Below are positions 18,880 through 28,710 of a stretch of 64,000 nt of DNA, piece after piece. Each line of letters begins with the position of its first letter. The first letter of the stretch is position 1. The notes under the pieces are model-generated. The model was not told the origin of the DNA. It saw only the letters and a list, made by a program, of their open reading frames with translations, and did no database searches. Origin of the DNA: an uncultured bacterium (lineage in GTDB: Bacteria > Omnitrophota > Omnitrophia > Omnitrophales > Aquincolibacteriaceae); the NCBI GenBank assembly GCA_964562525.1, contig CAZLTL010000001.1:104428-168427 (forward strand), given 5' to 3'. The translations under genes were made by a program, and so were the position numbers.

Positions 18880-19805
18880 GACACTTCCCCTTGTTCCAAT
18901 AAATAAAGAATAATGGCTTTTTGAATATGGAGTCGATTTTCAGCCTGATCAAAAACGATCGACCGCTTGCTTTCCATGATGTCATCCGTAATTTCTTCGC
19001 CGCGATGCGCGGGCAAACAATGCATCACTAGCGCTTCTTTAGAAGCGTGTTTCATCAAATTACGGTTAACCTGAAAACCTTCAAATTCGCGCATTTTCAT
19101 TTCGCGGATTTCTTCTTCACCCATACTCACCCAAACATCGGTATAAACAATTTGCGAATTTTTTACGGCCGCTTTGGGATCACGGCATTCTTCAATTTTG
19201 CCCTTTGTCTTTTTGCAGATCTGCCGCGCGAGATCAATCACCTTTTTGTAAGGGCGGTTATTTCTCGGCGTTGAGAACTTGAGATGCGTTCCAAGCTTGG
19301 CGGCCGTCAGCATCAATGAATTTAAAACATTGTTGCCGTCGCCAACAAATGCCAATGTCGCGTTCTTCACATCGCCAAATTTTTCTTCAATCGTCATGAA
19401 ATCAGCCAATGCCTGACAAGGATGCTCCATGTCCGAAAGACCGTTAATCACCGGCTTTTTGAAATGGCGGCGAAATTCCGTAATCGTCCAATGCGAAAAA
19501 GTTCTCAGTACCGCGGCAGAGAAATACCGCGATAAAGTCCGCGCCACATCGCGCACTTCTTCCCGCTGTCCGAGCTTTTCATCCTGCTGATTGATATACG
19601 CCGCGCTGCCGCCCATGGTCACCATCGCGGTTTCAAACGAAACGCGAGTACGGGTCGAAGGCTTTTCAAAAATCAACCCCAAAACTTGTCCTTCCATCGC
19701 TTTGCGGAAATCACGCGGATGCTCTTTGATCACGCGCGCCTGATGCATGAGCCGGCGGATGGAGTCGGGCTTGAGTTCGTTGATTGATACGAGTGACCGT
19801 GCCAT
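18876..19805 (-). CDS. argF: Ornithine carbamoyltransferase
   Basis: It has the carbamoyl-phosphate site STRTR. HCLPAHRGEE is also present. Confidence 0.9.
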   Translation of the reverse strand: MARSLVSINELKPDSIRRLMHQARVIKEHPRDFRKAMEGQVLGLIFEKPSTRTRVSFETAMVTMGGSAAYINQQDEKLGQREEVRDVARTLSRYFSAAVLRTFSHWTITEFRRHFKKPVINGLSDMEHPCQALADFMTIEEKFGDVKNATLAFVGDGNNVLNSLMLTAAKLGTHLKFSTPRNNRPYKKVIDLARQICKKTKGKIEECRDPKAAVKNSQIVYTDVWVSMGEEEIREMKMREFEGFQVNRNLMKHASKEALVMHCLPAHRGEEITDDIMESKRSIVFDQAENRLHIQKAIILYLLEQGEVS

Positions 19806-19808
19806 AAA

Positions 19809-21011
19809 TTATCCTTTAGAGGCAAGTGACTGGAATACGCTATCCAGAATACCGTAAGCCTTTTCAATTTCTTTCGTTTTGACTGTAAGTGCCGGCATAA
19901 TGCGCAGCACATCACCCTGTGTCGAATTAATAATAAGCCCCTGCTTTAAAGCTTCCGCGGCATAAGGATCGGAATTAACCGAAAGCTTGAGTGCACGCAT
20001 CACACCCATCCCGCGTACTTCTTCTATCACGGAGTATTTCTTTTTCAGCTCTTCCAGCTTCGCACCCAAAATATCGCCCATCTTCACGGCTTGATTCAAG
20101 AGCTTTTCTTTTTTGATCGTCTCAAAAACGGCCAATGCCGCGGCGCAAACTAATGGGTTGCCGCCGTAAGTCGAGCCATGCGTTCCGGGAACAAAAAGTT
20201 CTTTCTTCACGCGGCGATTCAAGACCATGGCCCCTATGGGAACACCGGAACCCAGCGACTTTGCCAGCGTCATAATATCAGGCTCAATACCGTAATGCTG
20301 ATAGGCATACATCTTGCCAGTACGCCCCATACAGGTTTGCACTTCATCCAAAACAAGCAGCAAATCTTTTTCATCGCAAAGCTTTCTGAGGCCCTGCATA
20401 AATTCTTGGGTTGCGACACGAATACCGCCTTCGCCCTGAACCGGCTCGAGCATAATGCCCACTGTTTTGGGCGTAATTAATTTTTTAACTGATTCCAAAT
20501 CATTGAATTCTGCATAGCAAAACTTCTCAACCAAAGGATAAAAACCATGGTGGATTTTATCTTGGCCTGTCGCGGACATCGCACCCATGGTTCTGCCATG
20601 AAATGATTTCGTAAAAGTAATGATTTCATTCCGTCCCGCATCGGAACCATAAATGCGGCAAAACTTAATCGCAGCTTCATTGGCTTCTGCGCCGCTATTA
20701 CCAAAAAAAACACGCCCCGGAAAACCATTTTTTACGATCGCCTGCGCCAACTTAGCTTGCGGCAAAATATGAAAATTGTTTGCGACATGAACAATCTTCT
20801 TGGCTTGATTCTTGATGGCATGTACTACATTGGGATGAGCATGGCCCAAACCGGAAACACCCCAGCCCGGAAAAAAATCAAGATACTCTTTGTTTTCCAA
20901 ATCCCAAACACGCGAACCCTTGCCTTTAACCAGGCAAATCGGATTGCGCTTGTAAGTTGGAAGAACAAAGTCTTCGTACAGTTTTTCTACATCAGCAGTT
21001 TTCATAATCAA
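19809..21011 (-). CDS. argD: Acetylornithine aminotransferase (class III PLP aminotransferase)
   Basis: The GNSGAEANEAAIK, LDEVQTCMGRTG and THGSTYGGNP motifs are present. Confidence 0.88.
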   Translation of the reverse strand: MIMKTADVEKLYEDFVLPTYKRNPICLVKGKGSRVWDLENKEYLDFFPGWGVSGLGHAHPNVVHAIKNQAKKIVHVANNFHILPQAKLAQAIVKNGFPGRVFFGNSGAEANEAAIKFCRIYGSDAGRNEIITFTKSFHGRTMGAMSATGQDKIHHGFYPLVEKFCYAEFNDLESVKKLITPKTVGIMLEPVQGEGGIRVATQEFMQGLRKLCDEKDLLLVLDEVQTCMGRTGKMYAYQHYGIEPDIMTLAKSLGSGVPIGAMVLNRRVKKELFVPGTHGSTYGGNPLVCAAALAVFETIKKEKLLNQAVKMGDILGAKLEELKKKYSVIEEVRGMGVMRALKLSVNSDPYAAEALKQGLIINSTQGDVLRIMPALTVKTKEIEKAYGILDSVFQSLASKG

Positions 21012-21014
21012 TCT

Positions 21015-21869
21015 TCAGTGAACAAACTCAGTACCGACACCCTTGTCGGTAAAAATTTCGAGCAATAGAGGATGCTTCATGCGGCCGTCAACAATGTGGG
21101 CTTTTTTAACACCATGGCGTAAAACTTCAAGACAAGAGTCAACCTTCGGAATCATACCGCCACTAATCACACCTGAGGCTTTTAACTTTTCAACTTCACT
21201 GATCGTCAAAGTTGGAATCAAAGACGATTCATCTTTCGGGTCCTGCATCACGCCCTTCACATCCGTTAGCATGATCATTTTAGGCACCTTCAACGCCATC
21301 GCGATATTACACGCAGCTTCATCCGCGTTCACATTGTAGGTTTGTCCCGCTTTATCAATTCCGACGGGATAAATAATCGGAATAATCCCCGCATCCGTCA
21401 TTTGCCGAATCGGAAAAATATTCACCTCCGCCACATCGCCGACAAAGCCCACATCGCCGTTTTGCGTGTGCCGCGTGACATGCAAAATATCACTGTCATG
21501 CCCCGAAAGCCCGACTGCGCTGCCACCGATTAAATTAATGTCCGCGATCAACTCGCGGTTGATTCCCGCCAAAGTTTCCACCACAACTTGAATCGCAGCT
21601 TCATCGGTTACGCGCAAACCGTTCACAAACTTGGAAGGCAGGCCCTTTTTTTCCATGTTTTCGGTAATATGCTTTCCGCCGCCATGCACCAAAATCGGCT
21701 TAATGCCGACGAATTGCATAAAAACCAAATCCTGCAAAATATGTTTACGCACCTCGCCGTGACGGAGCGCCGCCCCGCCGTACTTCACGAGAATTTCTTT
21801 CCCGCGAAAACTCTTGATGTACGGTAACGCTTCAATCAGCGTGCTGGCTTTTTCAATCAAATGTTCCAT
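21015..21869 (-). CDS. argB: Acetylglutamate kinase
   Basis: VKYGGAA, ILVHGGG and NVNADEAA (the amino-acid-kinase fold) are present. Confidence 0.9.
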   Translation of the reverse strand: MEHLIEKASTLIEALPYIKSFRGKEILVKYGGAALRHGEVRKHILQDLVFMQFVGIKPILVHGGGKHITENMEKKGLPSKFVNGLRVTDEAAIQVVVETLAGINRELIADINLIGGSAVGLSGHDSDILHVTRHTQNGDVGFVGDVAEVNIFPIRQMTDAGIIPIIYPVGIDKAGQTYNVNADEAACNIAMALKVPKMIMLTDVKGVMQDPKDESSLIPTLTISEVEKLKASGVISGGMIPKVDSCLEVLRHGVKKAHIVDGRMKHPLLLEIFTDKGVGTEFVH

Positions 21870-23092
21870 TATGAGTAAGCTCCGTTGATACTGACATACT
21901 CGTGCGTCAAATCCGAAGTCACAAAAGTTGCTTTCCCCTTACCATAGTGAAGGTCTACAGTAATATCGAAATGGGCATTGGCCATCACTTTTTTGGCTTT
22001 CGGACGATTTGAAAAACGAACCACCCCTTCACGTACAATCGGAATTCCGCCAATTGCAACCGAAAATCTCTGCGGGTTAAACTGAATTTGACTAGCGCCT
22101 ACCGCGGCAATAATACGGCCCCAATTAGGATCTTCACCAGTCACCATTGTCTTAAAAAGCATCGAGTTTCCCACTTGTCGGGCTGCCTTCGCGGCCTCTT
22201 CGTCTGTCTTCGCATTTTTCACCGTAATATGGCAAACATGCTTAACGCCTTCACCGTCTTCCACAAGCCCGACAGCGACTTCTTTAAGTAAGAGCTCAAG
22301 CGCCGCGGCAAATTTTTTAAAGTCTGAATTTTCTTTTTTAATTTCTGAATTTCCAGCCAATCCATTCGCCAAAACAAAGGCGCAATCATTCGTACTCATA
22401 TCGTTATCAATTGCAATTGCATTAAACGTCGTTTGAACCGCAGCCTTCAAAGCTTTATGCAAAAGCACTTTCGTAATCGCGGCATCTGTCGTGATAAAAC
22501 AGAGCATGGTTGCCATGTAGGGATGCACCATGCCGGCACCTTTGGCCGCGGCGCCAATCGTCACTTTTTTTCCGCCGATTGAAACCGTAACAGCTAACTC
22601 TTTAGTTCGCTTATCTGTAGTTAAGATTCCACGTGCTGCGTCATGCGCACCTTTCACCGACAAATTTCTCACAAGCTCCGGCATCGCACGTTCGACACAA
22701 TGCACCGGGTAACGCATTCCAATAATTCCGGTTTGAGCAATCAGAACTTCTTGAGGCTTAACACCCAATTCATCCGCGGCAGATTTCAAGCAAGTCCACG
22801 CGGCTGCTTTTCCGGTGATGCCATTTAAGCAATTCGCATTTCCGCTTGTTCCGAGAATAGCCATGTGCTTAGCATTCTTCAAATGATCAATCGCTAAATA
22901 AACCGGCCATGCTTTGGCGCGATTAACCGTAAAAACACCGGCAGCATTAGCCGCTTTTTCAGACACAATCAATGAAATATCATGCTTCTTAGAAACACGC
23001 TTAATTCCGCAATGCATTCCCGACGCCACAAACCCCTTTGCAGAGGTCAGCGAGCCATTCTTTAAAAACGAGATCCCTTTGATTTTTTTCAT
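21869..23092 (-). CDS. argJ: Bifunctional glutamate N-acetyltransferase / amino-acid acetyltransferase
   Basis: It carries the autoproteolytic site PYMATMLCFITTDA (ATML Thr). This implies the cyclic ornithine pathway. Confidence 0.9.
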   Translation of the reverse strand: MKKIKGISFLKNGSLTSAKGFVASGMHCGIKRVSKKHDISLIVSEKAANAAGVFTVNRAKAWPVYLAIDHLKNAKHMAILGTSGNANCLNGITGKAAAWTCLKSAADELGVKPQEVLIAQTGIIGMRYPVHCVERAMPELVRNLSVKGAHDAARGILTTDKRTKELAVTVSIGGKKVTIGAAAKGAGMVHPYMATMLCFITTDAAITKVLLHKALKAAVQTTFNAIAIDNDMSTNDCAFVLANGLAGNSEIKKENSDFKKFAAALELLLKEVAVGLVEDGEGVKHVCHITVKNAKTDEEAAKAARQVGNSMLFKTMVTGEDPNWGRIIAAVGASQIQFNPQRFSVAIGGIPIVREGVVRFSNRPKAKKVMANAHFDITVDLHYGKGKATFVTSDLTHEYVSINGAYS

Positions 23093-24117
23093 AAAAGCGC
23101 GGTTCCTTCTTCGTAACCAAAACGAATATTAAAATTCTGCACCGCCTGACCCGCGGCACCTTTGACCAAATTATCAATCGCTGCCAACACCGTCACGGTG
23201 TCCGTGCGCGGATTCAACAGAACGCCCAAATCACAAAAATTGGAATGCTGAACATCTTTCAAAGCGGGAAACTCACCTTTGCTCTTCAGCCTGACAAATA
23301 AACTTTTGCCGTAAAACTCTTCATAGGCCGCTCGCACTTGCTCTTCCGTCACGCCCGGATTTTTTTTGGCATAAATCGTGGACAAAATACCGCGGTTAAC
23401 CGGCAGCAGATGCGTCGTAAAATCAATTTTCAGGACCGTTCCGGCGCCTTCGGAAAGAATTTGCTCGATTTCAGGCGTATGCTGATGCTTACCGACCTTG
23501 TATGCAAAAAAGTTTTCATGCACTTCACAAAAATGCGTTGTGGCTGAAGGCTTCTTGCCCGCGCCGCTGACGCCCGAAGCGGAACTCACCGTAATCGACT
23601 TCAAATCAATCAGCTTTTTTTTCACAAGCGGCAAAAGACCAAGAATAACACTGGTCGGGTAGCAGCCGGGATTGGCAATCAAATCAGCCTTCTTCACTTG
23701 CTCCCGATAAAATTCCGGCAAGCCGTAAACCGACTTGGCAAGCAGCTCCGGGGCCAAATGTTCAACCCCATACCAAACCGGATACTCAGCCGCGTTCTTC
23801 AGACGAAAATCAGCGGAAAGATCAATCACGGTTTTGCCCGCGCTTAAAAAAGATCCTGCATGCTGCATGGCCTCGGTATGAGGCAAGCAAAGAAAAACGA
23901 CGTCGGCATTCTGAATAACATCTTGTTTGCTATAAGGCACAACCTGATAAGCTTTTGCCGCGTGAACTTCCGGCAATAAAGTCTTTAATCCAACACCCTG
24001 GGGCTGACTCGTCGTCAACCGCGTAATCTGGACATGGGGGTGCTTCAATAAAAACCGAGTCAGCTCGACACCGACATAGCCTGTCGCTCCAATGATCGCA
24101 ACTCTCTTTAAATTCAT
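23089..24117 (-). CDS. argC: N-acetyl-gamma-glutamyl-phosphate reductase
   Basis: It starts VAIIGATGYVG. The catalytic Cys context is IANPGCYPTS. Confidence 0.9.
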   Translation of the reverse strand: MNLKRVAIIGATGYVGVELTRFLLKHPHVQITRLTTSQPQGVGLKTLLPEVHAAKAYQVVPYSKQDVIQNADVVFLCLPHTEAMQHAGSFLSAGKTVIDLSADFRLKNAAEYPVWYGVEHLAPELLAKSVYGLPEFYREQVKKADLIANPGCYPTSVILGLLPLVKKKLIDLKSITVSSASGVSGAGKKPSATTHFCEVHENFFAYKVGKHQHTPEIEQILSEGAGTVLKIDFTTHLLPVNRGILSTIYAKKNPGVTEEQVRAAYEEFYGKSLFVRLKSKGEFPALKDVQHSNFCDLGVLLNPRTDTVTVLAAIDNLVKGAAGQAVQNFNIRFGYEEGTALL

Positions 24118-24146
24118 CTATTTACATCCTTAAAAAATGAACGGGT

Positions 24147-24175
24147 ATTATAAGGGGACAAGAGGGACTGGACAA
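24147..24175 (-). promoter_or_regulatory. Candidate promoter of the arg operon: TTGTCC, 17-nt spacer, TATAAT
   Basis: The minus strand reads TTGTCCagtccctcttgtccccTATAAT about 30 nt upstream of the argC ATG. An AAGGA Shine-Dalgarno lies in the leader. Confidence 0.4.
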
Positions 24176-24282
24176 GCCCTGTCAGAGAGATAGATGGCAT
24201 TTTATAACTCTCCTGCCATCAAGGACTTATAACCCGCTAGCCGGGCAAAGCCGACCGTTCAAGCCAATCAACTGATTCAAAT

Positions 24283-24310
24283 TGACACAAAGCCTGAAAG
24301 CGATTATTTT
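24283..24310 (+). promoter_or_regulatory. Candidate promoter of rnc: TTGACA, 16-nt spacer, TATTTT, ending 8 nt before the rnc ATG (possibly a leaderless transcript)
   Basis: The plus strand reads TTGACAcaaagcctgaaagcgatTATTTTaccgcccATG. Confidence 0.35.
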
Positions 24311-24318
24311 ACCGCCCC

Positions 24319-25017
24319 ATGCTTAAACCCATCGACTACAAGACCCTGGAAAAAACACTTGGCCTCAAAATGAAGAAACAGGGGGGCTATGAATCGGCAT
24401 TAACCCACCCTTCTTTTCGCTATGAAAACAAAGTCCCGCCCCTGGACCACTTTGACCGCATGGAATTCCTGGGTGATGCGATTTTAAATGAAGTCATTTG
24501 CCGCAAAATCTATCAAACATTTGAAGATGCCGATGAAGGACTGCTCAGCCGCCTCCGATCAACACTCGTTTCTCGAAGAATTCTGATTAAGATCGCCCGG
24601 GATTTAAAACTGAATAAATTTATGCGCCTGGGCCGCGGCTTCAAAAAATCTTCTCCTGCTTTTTTAAAAGCTAAAGTTTTGGCAGACGTCTTTGAAGCTT
24701 TGATCGCCGCGATTTATTTCGACCGCGGAAAAAAAATCACGGAAGCTTTTATCCTCAATCACTTCGCGGAATACTTCGATATCAAAAAATTGTTCCGCCT
24801 CGACCCCAACCCGAAAAGCACGCTTCAGGAAATCAGCCAGCGCTACTGGAAAAAGCTGCCTCAATATGACAGCGCGCAGGTTGCCAAAGGCATTCAGGTC
24901 ACAGCCTGGATTGACGGCCAAAAGCGCGCCAAAGCAGTAGCGCGTTCAAGAAAAGAAGCGGAAGAAAAGGCAGCGAGAGCGCTGGTTATTAAACTGCGTA
25001 AAAAATTTAAAATCTAG
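24319..25017 (+). CDS. rnc: Ribonuclease III
   Basis: The catalytic signature is DRMEFLGDAILNEV (ERLEFLGDA type). ALTHPS is present near the N-terminus. The C-terminal region is a dsRBD (KSTLQEISQ...AVARSRKEAEEKAARAL). Confidence 0.9.
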   Translation: MLKPIDYKTLEKTLGLKMKKQGGYESALTHPSFRYENKVPPLDHFDRMEFLGDAILNEVICRKIYQTFEDADEGLLSRLRSTLVSRRILIKIARDLKLNKFMRLGRGFKKSSPAFLKAKVLADVFEALIAAIYFDRGKKITEAFILNHFAEYFDIKKLFRLDPNPKSTLQEISQRYWKKLPQYDSAQVAKGIQVTAWIDGQKRAKAVARSRKEAEEKAARALVIKLRKKFKI

Positions 25018-25027
25018 CGAAGAACGC

Positions 25028-27487
25028 TTATAAATAACGGGAAAGCGATTCGGCTTTTTTACGGGCATAATAAGAAGCCAGCTCAAGCACCGACTGCGGA
25101 TCAGGCTTAACGGATAACTCTCCAAAAGCCCCGGAAGCAAGTAAAGTGATTGGACCAAACCAAGTATCATTCTGAGAAATAAAATCATCCGCGCGCTTCG
25201 GAAAAAGTTGCCGAAAAATAGCGGCATCGATTTTTGTTTTAAGTCTCAAATTCAAGGCCCCTTCGCGGCTCACTTCGCCTTCACCTTCTACTTGCAGGCG
25301 ATCGCCGTCCAGTTGAATAAGCTCCGCGTTTAAGCGGTCATTTTCAATTTGGCCGGAAGCGCTCAGTTCCGTAAAAGCAATTTCAGAGGAAATCTGCTCC
25401 TGCGAGGGATCCCCCAGCGGTTCAATTTTACGGAAAGCGCTCACCCAATCAAAGCGGGTCAAGCGTCCTTCGCGGATGCTTAATGAGAACGGTCCATCCC
25501 AGTTCATGCTTTCCGAGCCACTGCCGCGTGAACCGTTAAAGTCCGCATTCCATTTTAATTTCCCTTCAATATCGGAGGCTGCAGCTCCGGAAAAACGGAA
25601 AAACTTGTCCGCCGACATATCCGTCCCCTGTAGCTGCACGCGGACTTTTTGATCTTGCGCTGACATTTTTGAATAAAATGAACCCGCCAAAACTCCGTCA
25701 AATACCTGAGATTCAATCGCAGAAATATCCATTTCACCTGACCCAAAAGCTAATTTCATTTTTAAATTTTCAAAAGGCTCTTCACTCAAGATAAGACGCT
25801 GAACCCAATTGTGCTGACTTTGCAGCCAAGCCTCATGCTCTCCGCCCCAAAACGCGGTCCACTCTTTCCACGCTTGTCCCGAAGTCAGTTTTTTTGAATT
25901 TAAAGTCCCTTCCCAGCGAGGGTTACTTTCCAAATGCAACCCTTTCAAATTAAGCTCAAAAACAGAGCCTCCCAAACTAAACTGAACCGCCTGCGCCTCG
26001 GTCTGCATCGGACTGAAATCAAGACTGAAATTCATATCTTTAAAGCCTGCTCCTGTTCCTTTGCGCAAAATGCGACCGTCCTGCATCGTCAAATGAAACA
26101 TTCTTTCAAAAGGCTTACCGTCTTTAAAGTTACCTTTCCAATCCCCAAAAATCTTCATGCCTCCGCCGAACTCATAATCTTCAAGAAAAGGCACCACTCC
26201 GGTCAGCTGCTCAGCCGCGAAAGAGTTGGTGATCAAGTTTACTTTTGTTTCGCCGGAAGGACGCCATTCCGCAAGGCTTCCCTTAAAATTCATCCCTTCA
26301 AAACTGCCCGAAAATTCCCCGGACAAAATTTTGGCGGCCCATTCAAAGTCGGTTTTTAAACGAAAAGATTTCTCTTTCGGCTTCTGAAAAAAACGGCCAT
26401 AAGTAAAAAGCGTGCGGGTAAAATCAAAGTCCCCCGCAATTTTCAAACGATTCGCGTAACCATTGAGTGAAGCGCTCAAATCCGCCAGCCCGGAAAATCC
26501 AATAAAGTAAGGGATCTTATTTTTGAAATCAGGAAAATATGTCGTTAAGTCGTCAAGTTTGACATCAGAGAAAGTAAACGTCAGCGCGCGAAATTCACGG
26601 CGATGCGGCAAATAGGTGCCTTGTAAATTAAACTTTGAAAAAGGCAACTCGGCCAAACACTGATTAAATTTTAATTCATCGGTTGTGGGGCTGAAATGGC
26701 CCGAAAATTTGAGCTGCAAATTGCCGGCTTTGTGCTTTTCCGTAACCGCTTTATCCGTACTGCTGAAAACAAGCTCACGCAACCCGGCATCGCCCGAAAA
26801 CAAAATGCGATCGCTGCCGGAATCGCGGCGCAAAACAATCAAAAAGTCTGAAGGACCAGAGCTGGGAATCCATCCCAAAAACTCCCACTCGGGATTATCC
26901 TTAAACCGAAAGTTGCGAGTCAAAAGCTGAACTTGAAAACCAAGCCCATTCAAGCTGGGATCCTCAAGTGGCGGCAAGGTGACTTCCCCATGCAAAATTA
27001 CGGCTTTGTGCCGACCAGACGAATCTCCGCTCATATAAACCTTCACGGGGCGATTGGAGAGAAGCGCGGAAGTTTTAAGATCAATGCGCTCAACCAAAAA
27101 GTTATGCACGCCTTTCGGTGCATCAAGCTGCCCCTTCCAAGTACCATTCCGAAGGCGCATTCCTGAAAAACCAAACTCGCCCCAGATCAGCTTAAAAAGA
27201 TCCAGCTTCAGCTCGAGTGAATCCGCACTCAGCTCATGCTTGAGGTCGCTTTTAAAATGAAACACCGGATGGGAAAAACGCACTACCGGAAAAGGCATGA
27301 GCCGCCAATTCATCGATTCATACTTAAAGTCGCTTTTAGTTACCATCGCGAAATAAGAGGTCAGCTTTTCAGTAGGCTTGCCGTTGGCAGCCCAAGATTG
27401 GTAACGGAGGAACGCAGCGAGAAATATAACCGCAAAAATAAGGAGAAGCGCGGCGAGGACTGCTAAAAAAAACTTCTTAAAATTCAT
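25028..27487 (-). CDS. AsmA-family-like large envelope protein (N-terminal TM anchor, ~820 aa, beta-rich)
   Basis: It has an N-terminal hydrophobic helix, MNFKKFFLAVLAALLLIFAVIFLAAF. The body is long, low-complexity and beta-rich with repeated G.F.G and W segments, as in AsmA/TamB-like proteins. The assignment is by architecture only. Confidence 0.4.
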   Translation of the reverse strand: MNFKKFFLAVLAALLLIFAVIFLAAFLRYQSWAANGKPTEKLTSYFAMVTKSDFKYESMNWRLMPFPVVRFSHPVFHFKSDLKHELSADSLELKLDLFKLIWGEFGFSGMRLRNGTWKGQLDAPKGVHNFLVERIDLKTSALLSNRPVKVYMSGDSSGRHKAVILHGEVTLPPLEDPSLNGLGFQVQLLTRNFRFKDNPEWEFLGWIPSSGPSDFLIVLRRDSGSDRILFSGDAGLRELVFSSTDKAVTEKHKAGNLQLKFSGHFSPTTDELKFNQCLAELPFSKFNLQGTYLPHRREFRALTFTFSDVKLDDLTTYFPDFKNKIPYFIGFSGLADLSASLNGYANRLKIAGDFDFTRTLFTYGRFFQKPKEKSFRLKTDFEWAAKILSGEFSGSFEGMNFKGSLAEWRPSGETKVNLITNSFAAEQLTGVVPFLEDYEFGGGMKIFGDWKGNFKDGKPFERMFHLTMQDGRILRKGTGAGFKDMNFSLDFSPMQTEAQAVQFSLGGSVFELNLKGLHLESNPRWEGTLNSKKLTSGQAWKEWTAFWGGEHEAWLQSQHNWVQRLILSEEPFENLKMKLAFGSGEMDISAIESQVFDGVLAGSFYSKMSAQDQKVRVQLQGTDMSADKFFRFSGAAASDIEGKLKWNADFNGSRGSGSESMNWDGPFSLSIREGRLTRFDWVSAFRKIEPLGDPSQEQISSEIAFTELSASGQIENDRLNAELIQLDGDRLQVEGEGEVSREGALNLRLKTKIDAAIFRQLFPKRADDFISQNDTWFGPITLLASGAFGELSVKPDPQSVLELASYYARKKAESLSRYL

Positions 27488-27603
27488 GGAGAACAGTATA
27501 CCTTGACCAACAGCGCATAGCCACAAAAGCCAAGGCCGAATTTAAATCAATTTTGTTTAATACGAGGAGCCCGTAGATCCAAGAGGAGCATACGAATAGT
27601 CCT

Positions 27604-27643
27604 CAAAAAAAGACTGGCATCCGGAGAGAACCCCGGATGCCAG
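27604..27643 (-). terminator. Rho-independent terminator downstream of rplM-rpsI
   Basis: An 11-bp perfect stem, CTGGCATCCGG...CCGGATGCCAG, is followed on the minus strand by TCTTTTTTTGAGG. Confidence 0.6.
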
Positions 27644-27729
27644 TAACAATAAGAGAGAAAGCGCGAGCATCTGAAACCGACGGTTGTGCCGAAGGCACAG
27701 AGCGGAAACAAACAGCCGCAAAAACATAA

Positions 27730-28119
27730 TCAACGTTTGGTAAACTGAAATCCGCGGCGTGCGCCTTTTTTACCGTACTTCTTACGTTCTTTTTGGCGCG
27801 GATCACGCGTCAAAAATCCACCCTTGCGCAAAGTCGGCTGAAGCTTTTCATCCATCTTCACAAGAGCACGTGAAATTCCTAAACGCACAGCACCAGCTTG
27901 ACCTGCGATTCCGCCGCCTTGAACGCGCGCACGGATGCGGATCGTTTCTTTCGGCTTAACAGCTTCAATCGGCTGATCTACGACCATCTGAAGGTTAGCG
28001 CGCTTTAAATACTTTGCGGAATCCTGACCATTGATCGTGAAACCTTTTTGACCGGGGAAAATCCAGACACGCGCGATAGATTGCTTGCGACGGCCTGTTG
28101 CTGAAATAATATCTGACAT
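27730..28119 (-). CDS. rpsI: 30S ribosomal protein S9
   Basis: GGGIAGQAGAVRLGI is present. The C-terminus is RKKYGKKGARRGFQFTKR. Confidence 0.93.
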   Translation of the reverse strand: MSDIISATGRRKQSIARVWIFPGQKGFTINGQDSAKYLKRANLQMVVDQPIEAVKPKETIRIRARVQGGGIAGQAGAVRLGISRALVKMDEKLQPTLRKGGFLTRDPRQKERKKYGKKGARRGFQFTKR

Positions 28120-28121
28120 TT

Positions 28122-28550
28122 TTATACCTCGATTGCGACAGGCTTTTGTGCCTGCTGATTGTGCTCAGCGCCTTCAAAAATACGGATACGACGACGCATT
28201 TCTTCACCTAATGAGTGCTTCGGAAGCATGCGAGATACCGCACGAGTCAAAACTTCAGTCGGCTTTTTTTCAATTAAATCTTCATAGTTATACTCTTTCA
28301 ATCCGCCTGGGTAGCCGGTGTAATGAGTATAGTTTTTCTGCTCGGACTTGCGCCCCGTTACTTTCACTTTCGCCGCGTTAATAACCACAACGTTATCGCC
28401 GCAAAGTTGATCATGCGCAAAATAAGGTTTTCCCTTGCCCAATAAAAGGCCGGCAATTTTCGTGGCGAGACGTCCAAGAGTTTTACCCTCAGCGTTAATC
28501 AGCCAAACTTTATGTTCAATATCTTTATCCGCAATACGAAAGGTCTTCAT
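28122..28550 (-). CDS. rplM: 50S ribosomal protein L13
   Basis: MKTFRIADKD...GKTLGRLATKIAGLL...GNKRT-like motifs are collinear with L13. The track ORF has a 4-aa N-terminal extension. Confidence 0.93.
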   Translation of the reverse strand: MKTFRIADKDIEHKVWLINAEGKTLGRLATKIAGLLLGKGKPYFAHDQLCGDNVVVINAAKVKVTGRKSEQKNYTHYTGYPGGLKEYNYEDLIEKKPTEVLTRAVSRMLPKHSLGEEMRRRIRIFEGAEHNQQAQKPVAIEV

Positions 28551-28710
28551 AGTTCCCCACATTCAATAGACAAATAGATTCCACCCCGCTGGGGGGCGCA
28601 AAAAGAGAGCGGAGTATAGCAAACGCCCCCTACCCTGTCAAAAATTATTTGCGGTTTTAGCGAAATAAGCTTAAGTAACTGCTTTCCCCCTCAACCTCCG
28701 ATGGCTAAAA

